Shown here piece by piece: positions 1 to 9,096 of a stretch of 64,000 bases of DNA. Every line of letters begins with the position of its first letter. Position 1 is the stretch's first letter. The stretch spans positions 38,429 to 102,428 of the forward strand of contig JBHEMS010000021.1 of NCBI GenBank assembly GCA_046262455.1. Direction: 5' to 3'. The position numbers were made by a program, and so were the translations under genes. The DNA is from Candidatus Dormibacteria bacterium. Its GTDB lineage: Bacteria; Chloroflexota; Dormibacteria; DASZGP01. The notes under the pieces were generated by a model, which worked only from the letters and a program-made list of their open reading frames with translations, was not told where the DNA came from and ran no database searches.

Positions 1-797
1 GAGCGCCAGGCCTCACCAAAGGACATCGGCTCGTCCTGCGTGCGGGCCTCCTCTTCGGTGGCCCCGAGGGCCTTGCGCTCGAAGTAGCCGCGGACGGGCT
101 CGCGTAGAACCGCCAGCACCACCACGCCCGACAGCGCCAGCGGGACGCCGATGACAAAGAAGACGCTGCGCCACCCGAACCGGGTGATGGCGACGGCCAC
201 GACGAGGATGGCGAGGACGCGGCCGACGCGCTCGACGGTCGAGTACACCGAGATCCCACGCGCCCTGGCCTCGATCGGGTAGTAGTCGGAGATCAGGGAG
301 TACAGGGGCACGCTCTCCCCCGCCGTCCCGGCCTCGTCGGTAGCGCGAGCGGCGGTCAACAGGCCCTCGTTGGGGACTCGACTGGAGGCCATCGCCGCGA
401 GCCCAGAGACGATCGTGGAAATACCCAGCATGCGCACCCGTGAGCGGCGGTCCCCGAGCCAGCCGGCAAACAGCGTGGCCATGATCGCGACGTAATTGAC
501 CACCACCAGGACGCCGATGATCTGCACCAGGTTGATGTGGAGGTCCTGGGCGATGTTGGGGCCCGCGATGTTGAAGGCCTGGGTGTCGAAGATCTGGAAG
601 AAGCCGACCAGCGCCAGCAGGACGGCCGGGGCCAGGCCGTAGGGTGTCTTGCGCAGGTCCCAGAGGCTGAGCGCGGCACCCAGGAACCCACCGCGACCCC
701 CGGCCGGGGTCGGCGGCGGATTGCCGTCGCCGGGCGTCGGCGCCGCCACCAGCGCCGTGTCCTCCAGGACGGCGCCCTGCTTCCCGGCTGCCTTCAT
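1..797 (-). CDS. MFS transporter (N-terminal part; 3' end lies beyond the window start). The ATG at 797 overlaps the stop of the upstream permease gene (ATGA).
   Basis: Reverse-strand translation from the ATG at 797..795 gives MKAAGKQGAVLED...LAPAVLLALVGFFQIFDTQAFNIAGPNIAQDLHINLVQII...GWLGDRRSRVRMLGIS..., with several hydrophobic helices and the MFS-typical G-x-L-x-D-R-x-G-R-R motif region. The ORF track does not list it because it runs off the edge. Confidence 0.7.
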   Translation of the reverse strand, partial: MKAAGKQGAVLEDTALVAAPTPGDGNPPPTPAGGRGGFLGAALSLWDLRKTPYGLAPAVLLALVGFFQIFDTQAFNIAGPNIAQDLHINLVQIIGVLVVVNYVAIMATLFAGWLGDRRSRVRMLGISTIVSGLAAMASSRVPNEGLLTAARATDEAGTAGESVPLYSLISDYYPIEARARGISVYSTVERVGRVLAILVVAVAITRFGWRSVFFVIGVPLALSGVVVLAVLREPVRGYFERKALGATEEEARTQDEPMSFGEAWR

Positions 798-3100
798 GCT
801 CGGGCCTCGGCGGGGAGCGCCTCGTCAGACGCCAGCGCCGCGGCGCCGATCACGTTGCTCTCCCCCGACACCCCCGCGGAACGCGCACTGTGGAGGCGGT
901 GGTAGCGCGACGCGGTGATCGCGTACTGGTCGCGGGTGGCGCCGCCCGAGGTCGAGGTGAGGGGAGTTCCGAGGGGGACCAGGCGCTGGTGGAGCGCACC
1001 GGGGTCGATGTCAGCAAAGAGGCTGGGCACGATCATCTGGTTACGCTGGGCGATGATCCGAAGCACGGCGTCACGCGCCTTTACCGCCAGGGCCATCATG
1101 CCGCCGGGGCTGATGTACAGGATGTAGAGCGCCGCGCTGGTGACCAGCAGATCGGTGAGGAGGGGATCGCCGGAGAAGAGTCGGAAGCTGATGTTGAAAT
1201 AGCCGACGCCCATCAACGCCCCCACCAGCGAGGCCGCGCCGCCCACCACCACCTGGGTGAAGATGCCGATGCTGGCGAGGACGTCGAAATTGTCCGCCGA
1301 CACGCCCCGCTGGTGGAACGCGAACACCGCGCCCGCGAAGCCGGCGAGGCAGCCCGCCACCGCGAAGGCCAGGATCTTGATGCGGACCGCGCTGACCGCC
1401 GCCGACTGGGCGTTGGCCTCGTTCTCACGCACCGCGATCACCAGGCGGCCGAACCGGCTGCGGCGGAGGTTGACCACGACGACCGCGGCCAGCACCAGCG
1501 AGGCCAGGCACAGGTAGTACATGTTCCGCTCGTTGTCGAAGTCGAGCAGGAAGAGTGAGGGGCGCCGGATGGGGCCCGGCAGGAGCCAGCCGAAGTAGGT
1601 GGCATCGAAGAGGAAGTCGTGGACCATGACCGCGAACGCCGCGCTGGAGATGAGCAGGAAGAGGCCCTTGATGCGCAGGGCAGGGAGCGCCAGCAGCGCC
1701 GACACCCCGCCGGTGAGAGCCGTGGCAGCGGGCACCGCGAGCCAGAAGGGCAGGTTGAGCCGGGTGCTGAGCGCCCCCGCGACGACCGCCCCGATAGCCA
1801 CCAGTCCGAACTGGCCCAGGCTGGCCTGCCCCGACCACCCGGTGATGACCACGATCGAGAGGGCGGCGATGCCGTAGAGGGCGAGCACACCGGCGAGGTT
1901 TGTCTGGGCGATGGTCGACACCAGCGGGTAGACGGCGGCCGCCGCGATCACCAGCAGAACGAAGGCGTATTTCGCGATTCGCAGGCCAATCAACCCGGCC
2001 ATCTCACGCGGCACCGGGCGAACCTCCTCCGCCGCCTGCCAGCCGCCGCCAGCCCCCTGCTCGCTGCGCTCCAACTGCTTGCCCTGCACCAGCAGGGCGA
2101 CGGTGATGATCCCAAAGGTCACCACGCTGAGCAGGGTCAGCCGGTTGGGCAGGTTGTAGGCCAGCGACTGCGTCACCGTGGTCATGCCCACCGCCGCCAG
2201 GACCGCCACCGGGACGCTCCGCATCCGACCCAGCAGCGCGGCCGCGAAACTGATCTCCAGGAGCTGGGGGTCCAGCGTCAGGGCGAGAGCGGGTGTCCCC
2301 AGTGCGCCGACCATCAATACCGACGCGGCGGACAGCGCCCCCGATATCGCCCACACCAGCGTCCCGAGCATCGCCACGTTGATCCCCAGCAGCGCGGCGC
2401 GCTCGGGGTTCTCGGCCATCGCCCGTACCGCGACGCCGGCGCGGGTGCGATTGAGGAACAGCGCCAGCCCCCCGAGGCTGACCACCACCAGGGCGATCGC
2501 CATCAGGTGGGGGAAGCCAAAGGGGATTTTCGACCCCGGCATGAAGAACTGCAAGTCGTGGAATGGCAGCCGGGCGCGGAGGAGGTCACCCGACGCCAGC
2601 TCCGGCGTGCCCACGCGCTGCTCGATGGGGGGGAAGAACGGCAGGCGGGCCACCAGGTCGACGGCCCGCTTGACCATGAACTCACCCGCGATGATCGTGA
2701 AGATGCTCAGCACCAGGCGGGGAGCGCGGGCGAACCGCCGGCCGAAGATGAGGTCGAAGGCGATACCCACCAGGGCGCCCCCCAGCAGGCCGAGGACCAG
2801 GGCGACGGGGAACGGGACGGGGGTCAGCAGAACCAGCTCGAAGGTCAGCACCGCGCCGGCCCCGCCGAGGAAGGTCTGGGCGAAATTGAGCACGCGGAGC
2901 GTCCGGTAGACAAGGATGACCGCGGCGGCGTTCAGTCCGGTGACGAGGCCGATGACGACTCCCGGGAAGAGCACCTCTAGCCGGGTGCCGTGGCCCCCCG
3001 TCTCGCTCGGCATGAAGAGCAGCGACGCCGCGACCACCGCGACGCCGCCGGCCAACAGGCCGAGGTCGATGGGACGCCAGCGCTCCGTGATCCAGCTCAT
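794..3100 (-). CDS. Fused LivH/LivM-type ABC transporter permease (branched-chain amino acid/urea family, two permease domains, 768 aa)
   Basis: 768-aa ORF with about 20 TM helices in two LivH-like and LivM-like halves (e.g. ...GQASLGQFGLVAIGAVVAG..., ...RIKILAFAVAGCLAGFAGAV...). The ATG at 3100 overlaps the stop of the upstream lipoprotein (ATGA). No ABC ATPase or binding-protein gene is adjacent. Confidence 0.8.
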   Translation of the reverse strand: MSWITERWRPIDLGLLAGGVAVVAASLLFMPSETGGHGTRLEVLFPGVVIGLVTGLNAAAVILVYRTLRVLNFAQTFLGGAGAVLTFELVLLTPVPFPVALVLGLLGGALVGIAFDLIFGRRFARAPRLVLSIFTIIAGEFMVKRAVDLVARLPFFPPIEQRVGTPELASGDLLRARLPFHDLQFFMPGSKIPFGFPHLMAIALVVVSLGGLALFLNRTRAGVAVRAMAENPERAALLGINVAMLGTLVWAISGALSAASVLMVGALGTPALALTLDPQLLEISFAAALLGRMRSVPVAVLAAVGMTTVTQSLAYNLPNRLTLLSVVTFGIITVALLVQGKQLERSEQGAGGGWQAAEEVRPVPREMAGLIGLRIAKYAFVLLVIAAAAVYPLVSTIAQTNLAGVLALYGIAALSIVVITGWSGQASLGQFGLVAIGAVVAGALSTRLNLPFWLAVPAATALTGGVSALLALPALRIKGLFLLISSAAFAVMVHDFLFDATYFGWLLPGPIRRPSLFLLDFDNERNMYYLCLASLVLAAVVVVNLRRSRFGRLVIAVRENEANAQSAAVSAVRIKILAFAVAGCLAGFAGAVFAFHQRGVSADNFDVLASIGIFTQVVVGGAASLVGALMGVGYFNISFRLFSGDPLLTDLLVTSAALYILYISPGGMMALAVKARDAVLRIIAQRNQMIVPSLFADIDPGALHQRLVPLGTPLTSTSGGATRDQYAITASRYHRLHSARSAGVSGESNVIGAAALASDEALPAEARA

Positions 3101-4221
3101 GGCTTGAGGTTGGGGGGCAGCGGACCGGGGTCCAGCTGGCCGACGAAGTCATCGCGCTCGTCGGTCACATTCTGACCGGACGAGTCGAGGTTCTTGATGT
3201 CCATCCGGATCAGCTTCCCACCGTACTGGGTGGCACCGACCACGTGCCAGGTGGCCTGGGCAGTGGACGGCGGGTCGGGCAGGTTGGCCGACCCGGAGTT
3301 GTAGGTGATCGCGATGTCCGCGGGGAACCCCAGGATGAGGTCGCCGCAAGCATCGATCTTCTCCTCCTTGTTGCCCGTCGTGATCGTGTAGGCGTAGGAC
3401 TCCCCGGTGGTGGGGTCGACCGAGTTGCCCTGGATGAGGTTGTGACCGGTGGTCCCGTTCTGGGCATTTCCGGTGCCGAGGATGATCGGCAGCGGGTAGA
3501 GGAGGAGCTGCTGGCTCACCGGCGGCGCAAACGGAGGCCGGACGTCGGCGCCCGTGAGGTCCTTGTACTGGATCTTGCTGATCAGCACGCCCTGCCCCTT
3601 GGGATCAAGGCTGTCGTAAAACGCGTCCGGGGAGCGAACCAGGTAGGACTGGATGATCTGGATCGTCTTTCCCCTGTAGGCGCCGGGCAGAACCTCGTCG
3701 AAGGTCCAGACGTGCACCACGTGGTTGCCGGTGCGCAGCTGGGTGGCGAGATCCTGGGGCTCGTCCGGGGAATGCACCACGTTGGTGATGTAGTGGGTCG
3801 GGAAGCTGCCTGAGACGACCTTACCGGCGGCGGTGTTCTGGGTCACCTGCTCCACCCACCTGAAGGTGCCGGGCGCGGGGGGGACGGTAGCGCTGAACGG
3901 CGGGGGGTCGCGGGGCACGGCCTTGGGGGACGCGGGGGGACAGTTCTTGGCGGGCGCGGACTGGGTGCGGAAACGATCGCTGGGAACCAGCTGCTCGGGG
4001 GGCGCGAAGAGGGACTCCAGCAGTCTGGGGAGCGCGTTGCTGAAGGCCGCGGGCGGCTGCGGCTGGCGCGACCCCGGCTGTTGATGGGGCTTCGCGACCA
4101 CGGGAACCCCGAAGACCAGGTCCGAGGTGACCGTCGCCATGCTGAGGACCTGGCCGGCGCTTCCACAGCCCGACAGGGTGAGCACCAGGGCCAACAGGGT
4201 GACCACGTTCCTAGGCCGCAT
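3097..4221 (-). CDS. Secreted lipoprotein of unknown function (Pro-rich linker plus C-terminal domain)
   Basis: MRPRNVVTLLALVLTLSGCGSAG: signal peptide with an L-S-G-C lipobox. The ATG at 4221 is preceded by GGAGGT and overlaps the 3' end of the upstream gene by 11 nt. No recognisable domain. Confidence 0.6.
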   Translation of the reverse strand: MRPRNVVTLLALVLTLSGCGSAGQVLSMATVTSDLVFGVPVVAKPHQQPGSRQPQPPAAFSNALPRLLESLFAPPEQLVPSDRFRTQSAPAKNCPPASPKAVPRDPPPFSATVPPAPGTFRWVEQVTQNTAAGKVVSGSFPTHYITNVVHSPDEPQDLATQLRTGNHVVHVWTFDEVLPGAYRGKTIQIIQSYLVRSPDAFYDSLDPKGQGVLISKIQYKDLTGADVRPPFAPPVSQQLLLYPLPIILGTGNAQNGTTGHNLIQGNSVDPTTGESYAYTITTGNKEEKIDACGDLILGFPADIAITYNSGSANLPDPPSTAQATWHVVGATQYGGKLIRMDIKNLDSSGQNVTDERDDFVGQLDPGPLPPNLKP

Positions 4222-6496
4222 CTTGCACTACCTCCAAGTTCTTGACGGGCGACGCGCCCTCGGGGTCATACGGGTTCCTCAGCGAGAGGCGGGAAACCAG
4301 CGCCACGGTGCGGACCGTGATCGGCTGCGCCTGTGCCAGCCGGCGGCGAAGGTTGCGGGAGAGCTCTTGCGCGTCCGAGGCCATCTCCGAACTGCAGGAT
4401 ACCCGGAGGTCCCCCCAGAGCGCACGCGTCACCAGCCACGCCAGCTGGGTGTGCTCGGGGTCATGGATGAAGCGATCCAGGAACATCAGGGGGGTGTCGG
4501 TGGCGAACTGGTAGCCGAAGTCTGTGCAGTAGTCGCGCCACTCCGCGTAGGCCAGGGCGACCTGGGCCCGCGGCCCTGCCGCGTTGGCCTGGGCGCGCCG
4601 GCGGGCGCGTCGAATCGCCTTCACCACCACCGGGTAGGTGAAATAGAGCGCGACCAGGAGCAGCGCGATCGGCAGCACCACCAGCACCACCTGGCGTACG
4701 GTCTCGTAGAGCGGGACCTGGCCGGCCGCCACCAGCGGGAGATAGACGGGAACCGAGATGTTGTCGCTGGGAAGGGCGGCGATGTTCTGCTGGACGTTGG
4801 AGGTGCCGCCCACCGTGACCCGCGCGTGTACCGGCGTGCCGATCACCGGGAGCCACTTGTAGCCGGGGAAGTAGACCTCGGGGAAGGCGATCCCGTTCTT
4901 GGGGTGAACCTCGAGTTTGCCGTTGACCGTCTCTCCCCCGTCAAAGCCGTAGCCGATGCGGGAGGGCACGCCGACCCAGCGGGCCACCAGCGCCTCGGCG
5001 GCCACGATCTCGAACGGTGACCCCTCCTTCTTGCCCGTCAGCATCTCCTGCACCCGCTGTGGCGAGACGCTGACCGGGGTCCCGGTACCGACGGCGGTGA
5101 CGTTGGTCAGGATGTAGGTGCGCAGGTAATCGAACTGCTCCCACCTGGACGTCCCGGGCGCCTTGGCGATGAGCTCCTTGACGGCCTGCGGCGGGGCGGG
5201 CACGGAGGCAAACTTGCGGGCCTCCGCGGGGAAGCGGATTTCCGTACCCAGGGCCTTGAGGGCTCCGACGTCCGGGATGGCGGCACCGACGACGGTGTAC
5301 GAGAAGCCTGATTGGACCTGCCCCTCCACCAGGCGCAGGCTGCCACTGCGCTTGTCGAATGTGACCTGGGGGCCCTCCTCGACGATGCCCACGGTGTTGG
5401 CGATGTCCGGCAGGACGGCACCGTCGAGGCCCCGGACGGTGATCGTCGCCTTGGTGGCGGGCTTGAGGTCGCTGTCCACGATGCCGCTCCGCGGCACCAC
5501 CGACGCTGAGGTCTCCTTGAACGGGGGCAGGCGCCAGTCCAGGCCGTCGTACACATCCAGGTGGCCCATCACCCAGGGCCCCGTGAGCTGGGTGTCGCCA
5601 ACCTCGAAGAGGACTCGGTCCTGGACCTGGCCGAGCGGGATGGCCTTGGGCTTCTGGGGCTCCAGCGAGGGGTCGACAAGGGGGTGCGGGAAGAGGAAGT
5701 TGGTCAGCGTCAGGAGGTACAGGGCACCGGTGATGACGGCAATGATGGGCACCGCCTTGGCGGCCCGCCGCAGCTCATAGCCACGCGGCAGCCCCTCCTC
5801 CCCACCGCCAATCTGTGAACCCGAGAGCACGCCCAGCGCGGCGGCGAAGAGCACCAGGACGAGCAACCCGCTGATGATCTGGGCGTCGCGGGCGATGATG
5901 CTTATGGCCGCGATGGCGGCCACCGGCAGGGGCAGCAGCACGCCCAGTGAGGGCCGCCTGATGGCGGTTGCCACCCACGCGGCCGCGAAGCCGATGGTGC
6001 CCATGATCCAGCCCAGGATGGCCGCCCAGCCGGCGGTGAAGGGTGCCGGCGGCCGGAGGGCCTTACTGGTGGCCGCAGCGTGCCCGACGAGGGCCCGCAG
6101 GTTGGCCACCGAGTCGATCCCGGCGGGCAGGACCATCAGCAGGCCGATGGCGAAGAGCCCGATCACCACCGCGGCGTTGGAGAGCGCAGGCCGTCGAAGC
6201 CGCAGCACCAGCACGGCCAGGCCGACGCCGAGCAGGCCGGCCACCGTCGCGTAGAAGCGCGGGGAGATGCCCTGGAAGACGCCGCCCACCATGATCGCGG
6301 CGGCCACCGTGGTCAGGGCGACCGCGATGGCCGGGCGGACAGGGCTGGGTCCGGCGGGGAGCTCCTCCAGCTCGACGGCGGCGTCGGCGACGAGGTCGAT
6401 GTCGGCCTCGAGGTGGCCCGCCCCCGCGTCGAGGTGCTGGGCGGCCGCCTCCTCGACCGCCTTGAGCTCGCTACCGGGCTTGACCTCGGTCGGCAT
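4211..6496 (-). CDS. Transglutaminase-like (TgpA-type) integral membrane protein, with apparently degenerate catalytic residues
   Basis: The ORF-track ORF (4211..6874) has a spurious ~125-aa extension that overlaps DUF58. The likely start is MPTEVKPGSELK at 6496, immediately after the DUF58 stop. It has an N-terminal multi-TM region and then a transglutaminase-core-like segment, ...GSPFEIVAAEALVARWVGVPSRIGYGF...EVHPKNGIAFPEVYFPGYKWLPVIGTP.... This aligns to the G-x-C-E-x-F-A...GIPAR-x-V-x-GY...HAW-x-E-V...DPT motifs but carries Pro, Ile and Gly at the Cys, His and Asp positions. Confidence 0.65.
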   Translation of the reverse strand: MPTEVKPGSELKAVEEAAAQHLDAGAGHLEADIDLVADAAVELEELPAGPSPVRPAIAVALTTVAAAIMVGGVFQGISPRFYATVAGLLGVGLAVLVLRLRRPALSNAAVVIGLFAIGLLMVLPAGIDSVANLRALVGHAAATSKALRPPAPFTAGWAAILGWIMGTIGFAAAWVATAIRRPSLGVLLPLPVAAIAAISIIARDAQIISGLLVLVLFAAALGVLSGSQIGGGEEGLPRGYELRRAAKAVPIIAVITGALYLLTLTNFLFPHPLVDPSLEPQKPKAIPLGQVQDRVLFEVGDTQLTGPWVMGHLDVYDGLDWRLPPFKETSASVVPRSGIVDSDLKPATKATITVRGLDGAVLPDIANTVGIVEEGPQVTFDKRSGSLRLVEGQVQSGFSYTVVGAAIPDVGALKALGTEIRFPAEARKFASVPAPPQAVKELIAKAPGTSRWEQFDYLRTYILTNVTAVGTGTPVSVSPQRVQEMLTGKKEGSPFEIVAAEALVARWVGVPSRIGYGFDGGETVNGKLEVHPKNGIAFPEVYFPGYKWLPVIGTPVHARVTVGGTSNVQQNIAALPSDNISVPVYLPLVAAGQVPLYETVRQVVLVVLPIALLLVALYFTYPVVVKAIRRARRRAQANAAGPRAQVALAYAEWRDYCTDFGYQFATDTPLMFLDRFIHDPEHTQLAWLVTRALWGDLRVSCSSEMASDAQELSRNLRRRLAQAQPITVRTVALVSRLSLRNPYDPEGASPVKNLEVVQDAA

Positions 6497-6498
6497 GA

Positions 6499-7833
6499 CT
6501 AGCGGGTCCCCGCCCCGATCGCGCCCGCGAGGGCGTCGGCGACGTCCTGCCCGGGGTGCAGGCCGACGACCTGGCAGCCGAGGGATGAGGCGGTGCCGAC
6601 GGTCTCCGCGCTGGCCTCGTCCCAGAGCAGCGCGACGACCAGGATCGAGACCCCGGTGTTCAGCAATAGTCGCAGTTGGGCGGCCTCGTGTTGGGTCAGC
6701 CGGGGTGTGATGAGGATGTTGTGGGCGTCGCGCCGGGGGCTGGCGATCAGCCGCATGATCACGTGGCTGAGCGACTCTCGGCTCAGCTCCAGGCGGGTCA
6801 GGGCGTCGAGCAGGAGGATCTGGCTCCCGGAGCCGCGCAGGGGGCGCACCAGCGGCCCGCCGTTGGTCTCGCAACGCACCTCGTACCCGTCGCGAAGGTG
6901 GCGCACGCCCAGCGATGCCGCCACCCGGATCCCCGCCTCGAAGGACTCAGAGACGCCCTCGCCATCCTGGCTGTGGGAGCCGCGGTCGCTGTCGACGACG
7001 ATGGTGATGTGATCGGTGATCCCCTGCTCGGCCTCGCGCACCATGACCTTGCCGGTACGGGCGGTGGCGCGCCAGACAATGCGCCGGAGGTCGTCGCCCG
7101 GCTGGTACTCGCGCATGCCGTAGAACTCCAGGCCGGAGGGCCAGGGCTTGGAGACGGGAGGGCGTATGGGCGGGTCTTCGAACTGCCGCGTCAGGGGACG
7201 GTCGCGGACGTTCTCCACCCGCGGGTGGACCAGCAGCTCAAAGGGCTCGGCGATCACCGTCTCGACCTGGGTCAAGCCGAGGGGATCGCTGGTGACGGCA
7301 ACCAGCGGCCCGACCTGGTAGACGCCCCGCCGCTGGCAGCGCAGCCCGTAGTTGTGAGTGACGACCGCGTTGGGCTTGAGGCGGGTGATGGGCACCCTGA
7401 CGGCGCTGCCGAGGCGCGCCGGCACCTTCTCCTCGAGGACGAAGGTGGAAACCCCTTTCTTGGCCGTCAGGATGACCTCGACATCCAGCCGGTCGCCGAC
7501 GTGGGCCCGCGGGAAGAGGCCGCTGCGGTCCGCCGTCAGCTTCAACCGTCGCGGCGCCAGCAAATATCCGGCGGCCACGAAGACCACCGCCCCATAGGCC
7601 ACCAGGTACATCGCGGTCCCCGCGACCACGCGGGCCATGATCCACAGCACGACGGCTCCGACCAGTGCCATCTGCCCGGTGCGGGTTACCCCGGTGCGGC
7701 GCTGGATGGTCGCGAACAGCCGTCGCAGCGCCGACGGCGAGAGGCCGTCGCGGACGCCGTCCAATACCAGCATCGCGCGCCGCCGGGCGTCGAGGCGGTC
7801 GGTGGGAGCGGGTCGGGTGCCGGTTAGTGCCAT
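6499..7833 (-). CDS. DUF58 family protein (VWA-like; MoxR-associated partner)
   Basis: 444 aa with N-terminal TM helices followed by the conserved DUF58 region (...YQPGDDLRRIVWRATARTGKVMVRE...). It sits between a MoxR ATPase and a transglutaminase-like gene, as in the canonical trio. Confidence 0.75.
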   Translation of the reverse strand: MALTGTRPAPTDRLDARRRAMLVLDGVRDGLSPSALRRLFATIQRRTGVTRTGQMALVGAVVLWIMARVVAGTAMYLVAYGAVVFVAAGYLLAPRRLKLTADRSGLFPRAHVGDRLDVEVILTAKKGVSTFVLEEKVPARLGSAVRVPITRLKPNAVVTHNYGLRCQRRGVYQVGPLVAVTSDPLGLTQVETVIAEPFELLVHPRVENVRDRPLTRQFEDPPIRPPVSKPWPSGLEFYGMREYQPGDDLRRIVWRATARTGKVMVREAEQGITDHITIVVDSDRGSHSQDGEGVSESFEAGIRVAASLGVRHLRDGYEVRCETNGGPLVRPLRGSGSQILLLDALTRLELSRESLSHVIMRLIASPRRDAHNILITPRLTQHEAAQLRLLLNTGVSILVVALLWDEASAETVGTASSLGCQVVGLHPGQDVADALAGAIGAGTR

Positions 7834-7870
7834 GTTTTCAATTCAGGAAGGAACGAGGACCGGATCGAGT

Positions 7871-8845
7871 TCAGCCGGCCACCTTGAGGGACGTTTCACG
7901 TGGCGTTTGCGGCGCTTTCACCGAGCCCACGAGGGGCTCGAGGACAGCGTCGATCGAGTCACCTCGGAGGATCGCGTCGGGGTGCAGGATGATGCGGTGC
8001 GCGAGCACCGCCTTGAGCACGGCGCGAACGTCGTCGGGGTAAACGTGGCTACGGCCGTCGCTGGCGGCCAGCACCCGCGACGCCCGCAGCAGCGAGATCG
8101 CGGCGCGAGGGCTCCCGCCCATCGCGGCGGCGGGGTCCTTGCGGGACGCCTGGACCAGGTCGACCACGTAGTAGCCGACCTCCGGCGAGACCTCCACGGT
8201 GGAGGCGAAATCGATCATCTGGTTGATGACCTTGGTGTCGACCACCGGCTTGACCTTGTCGATGGACAGCTGGACGGAGTTGTCAAACATCACCTCGAAC
8301 TCGTGCTGACGCTCGAGATAGCCCATGGAGAGCTTGAACAGGAACCGGTCCAGCTGGGCCTCAGGCAACGGGAAGGTGCCCGCCAGCTCGATGGGGTTCT
8401 GCGTAGCCAGCACCAGGAAGGGCCGCGGCAGGTCATGGGTGGTCCCGTCCGTCGACACGCGGCGCTCGGCCATGGCCTCGAGGAGCGCCGACTGGGTCTT
8501 GGGGGTGGCGCGGTTGATCTCGTCCGACAGCAGCACGTTGCAGAAGATGGGTCCGGGGCGGAAGTCGAAGGTGCTCTTGCGCTGGTCGAATATCGACGAG
8601 CCGGTGATGTCGCCCGGGAGCATGTCGGGGGTGCACTGAACGCGGTTCGCGCTGGCGTTCATCGACTGACTGAGGGCCCGGGCCAGCATTGACTTACCGG
8701 TCCCGGGGACGTCTTCGAAGAGGATGTGCCCCTCACACAGGATGGCAACCAGGGAGAGGTGGACGACGTCCGTCTTGCCCTTGATGACGGTCTCGACATT
8801 GGCCAGGATGGAGTCGAAATTCTTCTTGAACGTCTTGGTGTCCAT
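7871..8845 (-). CDS. MoxR-family AAA+ ATPase
   Basis: MDTKTFKKNFDSILANVETVIKGKTDVVHLSLVAILCEGHILFEDVPGTGKSMLARALS...LLSDEINRATPKTQSALLEAMAERRV...: Walker A and B motifs and the MoxR signature. The start is placed at the ATG at 8845, preceded by GGGAGA. The ORF-track start at 8929 adds 28 non-conserved residues. Confidence 0.9.
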   Translation of the reverse strand: MDTKTFKKNFDSILANVETVIKGKTDVVHLSLVAILCEGHILFEDVPGTGKSMLARALSQSMNASANRVQCTPDMLPGDITGSSIFDQRKSTFDFRPGPIFCNVLLSDEINRATPKTQSALLEAMAERRVSTDGTTHDLPRPFLVLATQNPIELAGTFPLPEAQLDRFLFKLSMGYLERQHEFEVMFDNSVQLSIDKVKPVVDTKVINQMIDFASTVEVSPEVGYYVVDLVQASRKDPAAAMGGSPRAAISLLRASRVLAASDGRSHVYPDDVRAVLKAVLAHRIILHPDAILRGDSIDAVLEPLVGSVKAPQTPRETSLKVAG

Positions 8846-9096
8846 CAGTGAGAGTCTCCCTCGAACGCGGGCGACCGCACTTCCAGCATGCCGCCCAAAT
8901 GTACCCCGACCGCCACGGCGACAACGCACGCATGGTGCGAACCCCGAAAGCAGTCAGGAGTGTAAACCTTCGGCCCCAGATCCGTAACCTTTCCACACGT
9001 CCTGGCGCGGTCCCGTCCGCGTCGCAGGCGCTGTCAGGGTAAACGCCGCGGCCGCCGGAATCTTGCGGGCCAGTCCGGCCAGACCTGCCATAGCCT

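Noticed and set aside
1619-2980. 453-aa plus-strand ORF, plus many other 100-900-aa ORFs antisense to annotated genes (e.g. 6676..7827, 13149..14522, 20674..21996, 46317..49046, 62566..63711)
   Set aside because: These are typical high-GC antisense artefacts. Their translations are Arg/Gly/Pro/Asp-rich low-complexity strings with no domain signatures. In every case the opposite strand encodes a full-length, well-conserved protein.
8846-9096. 250-bp intergenic region between MoxR and the serine hydrolase gene, checked for tRNA or small RNA features
   Set aside because: There is no tRNA-like T-arm (GTTCGA) or acceptor pairing, no terminator, and no convincing ORF. The small ORF 8848..9042 is low-complexity. 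It is most simply a divergent promoter region.
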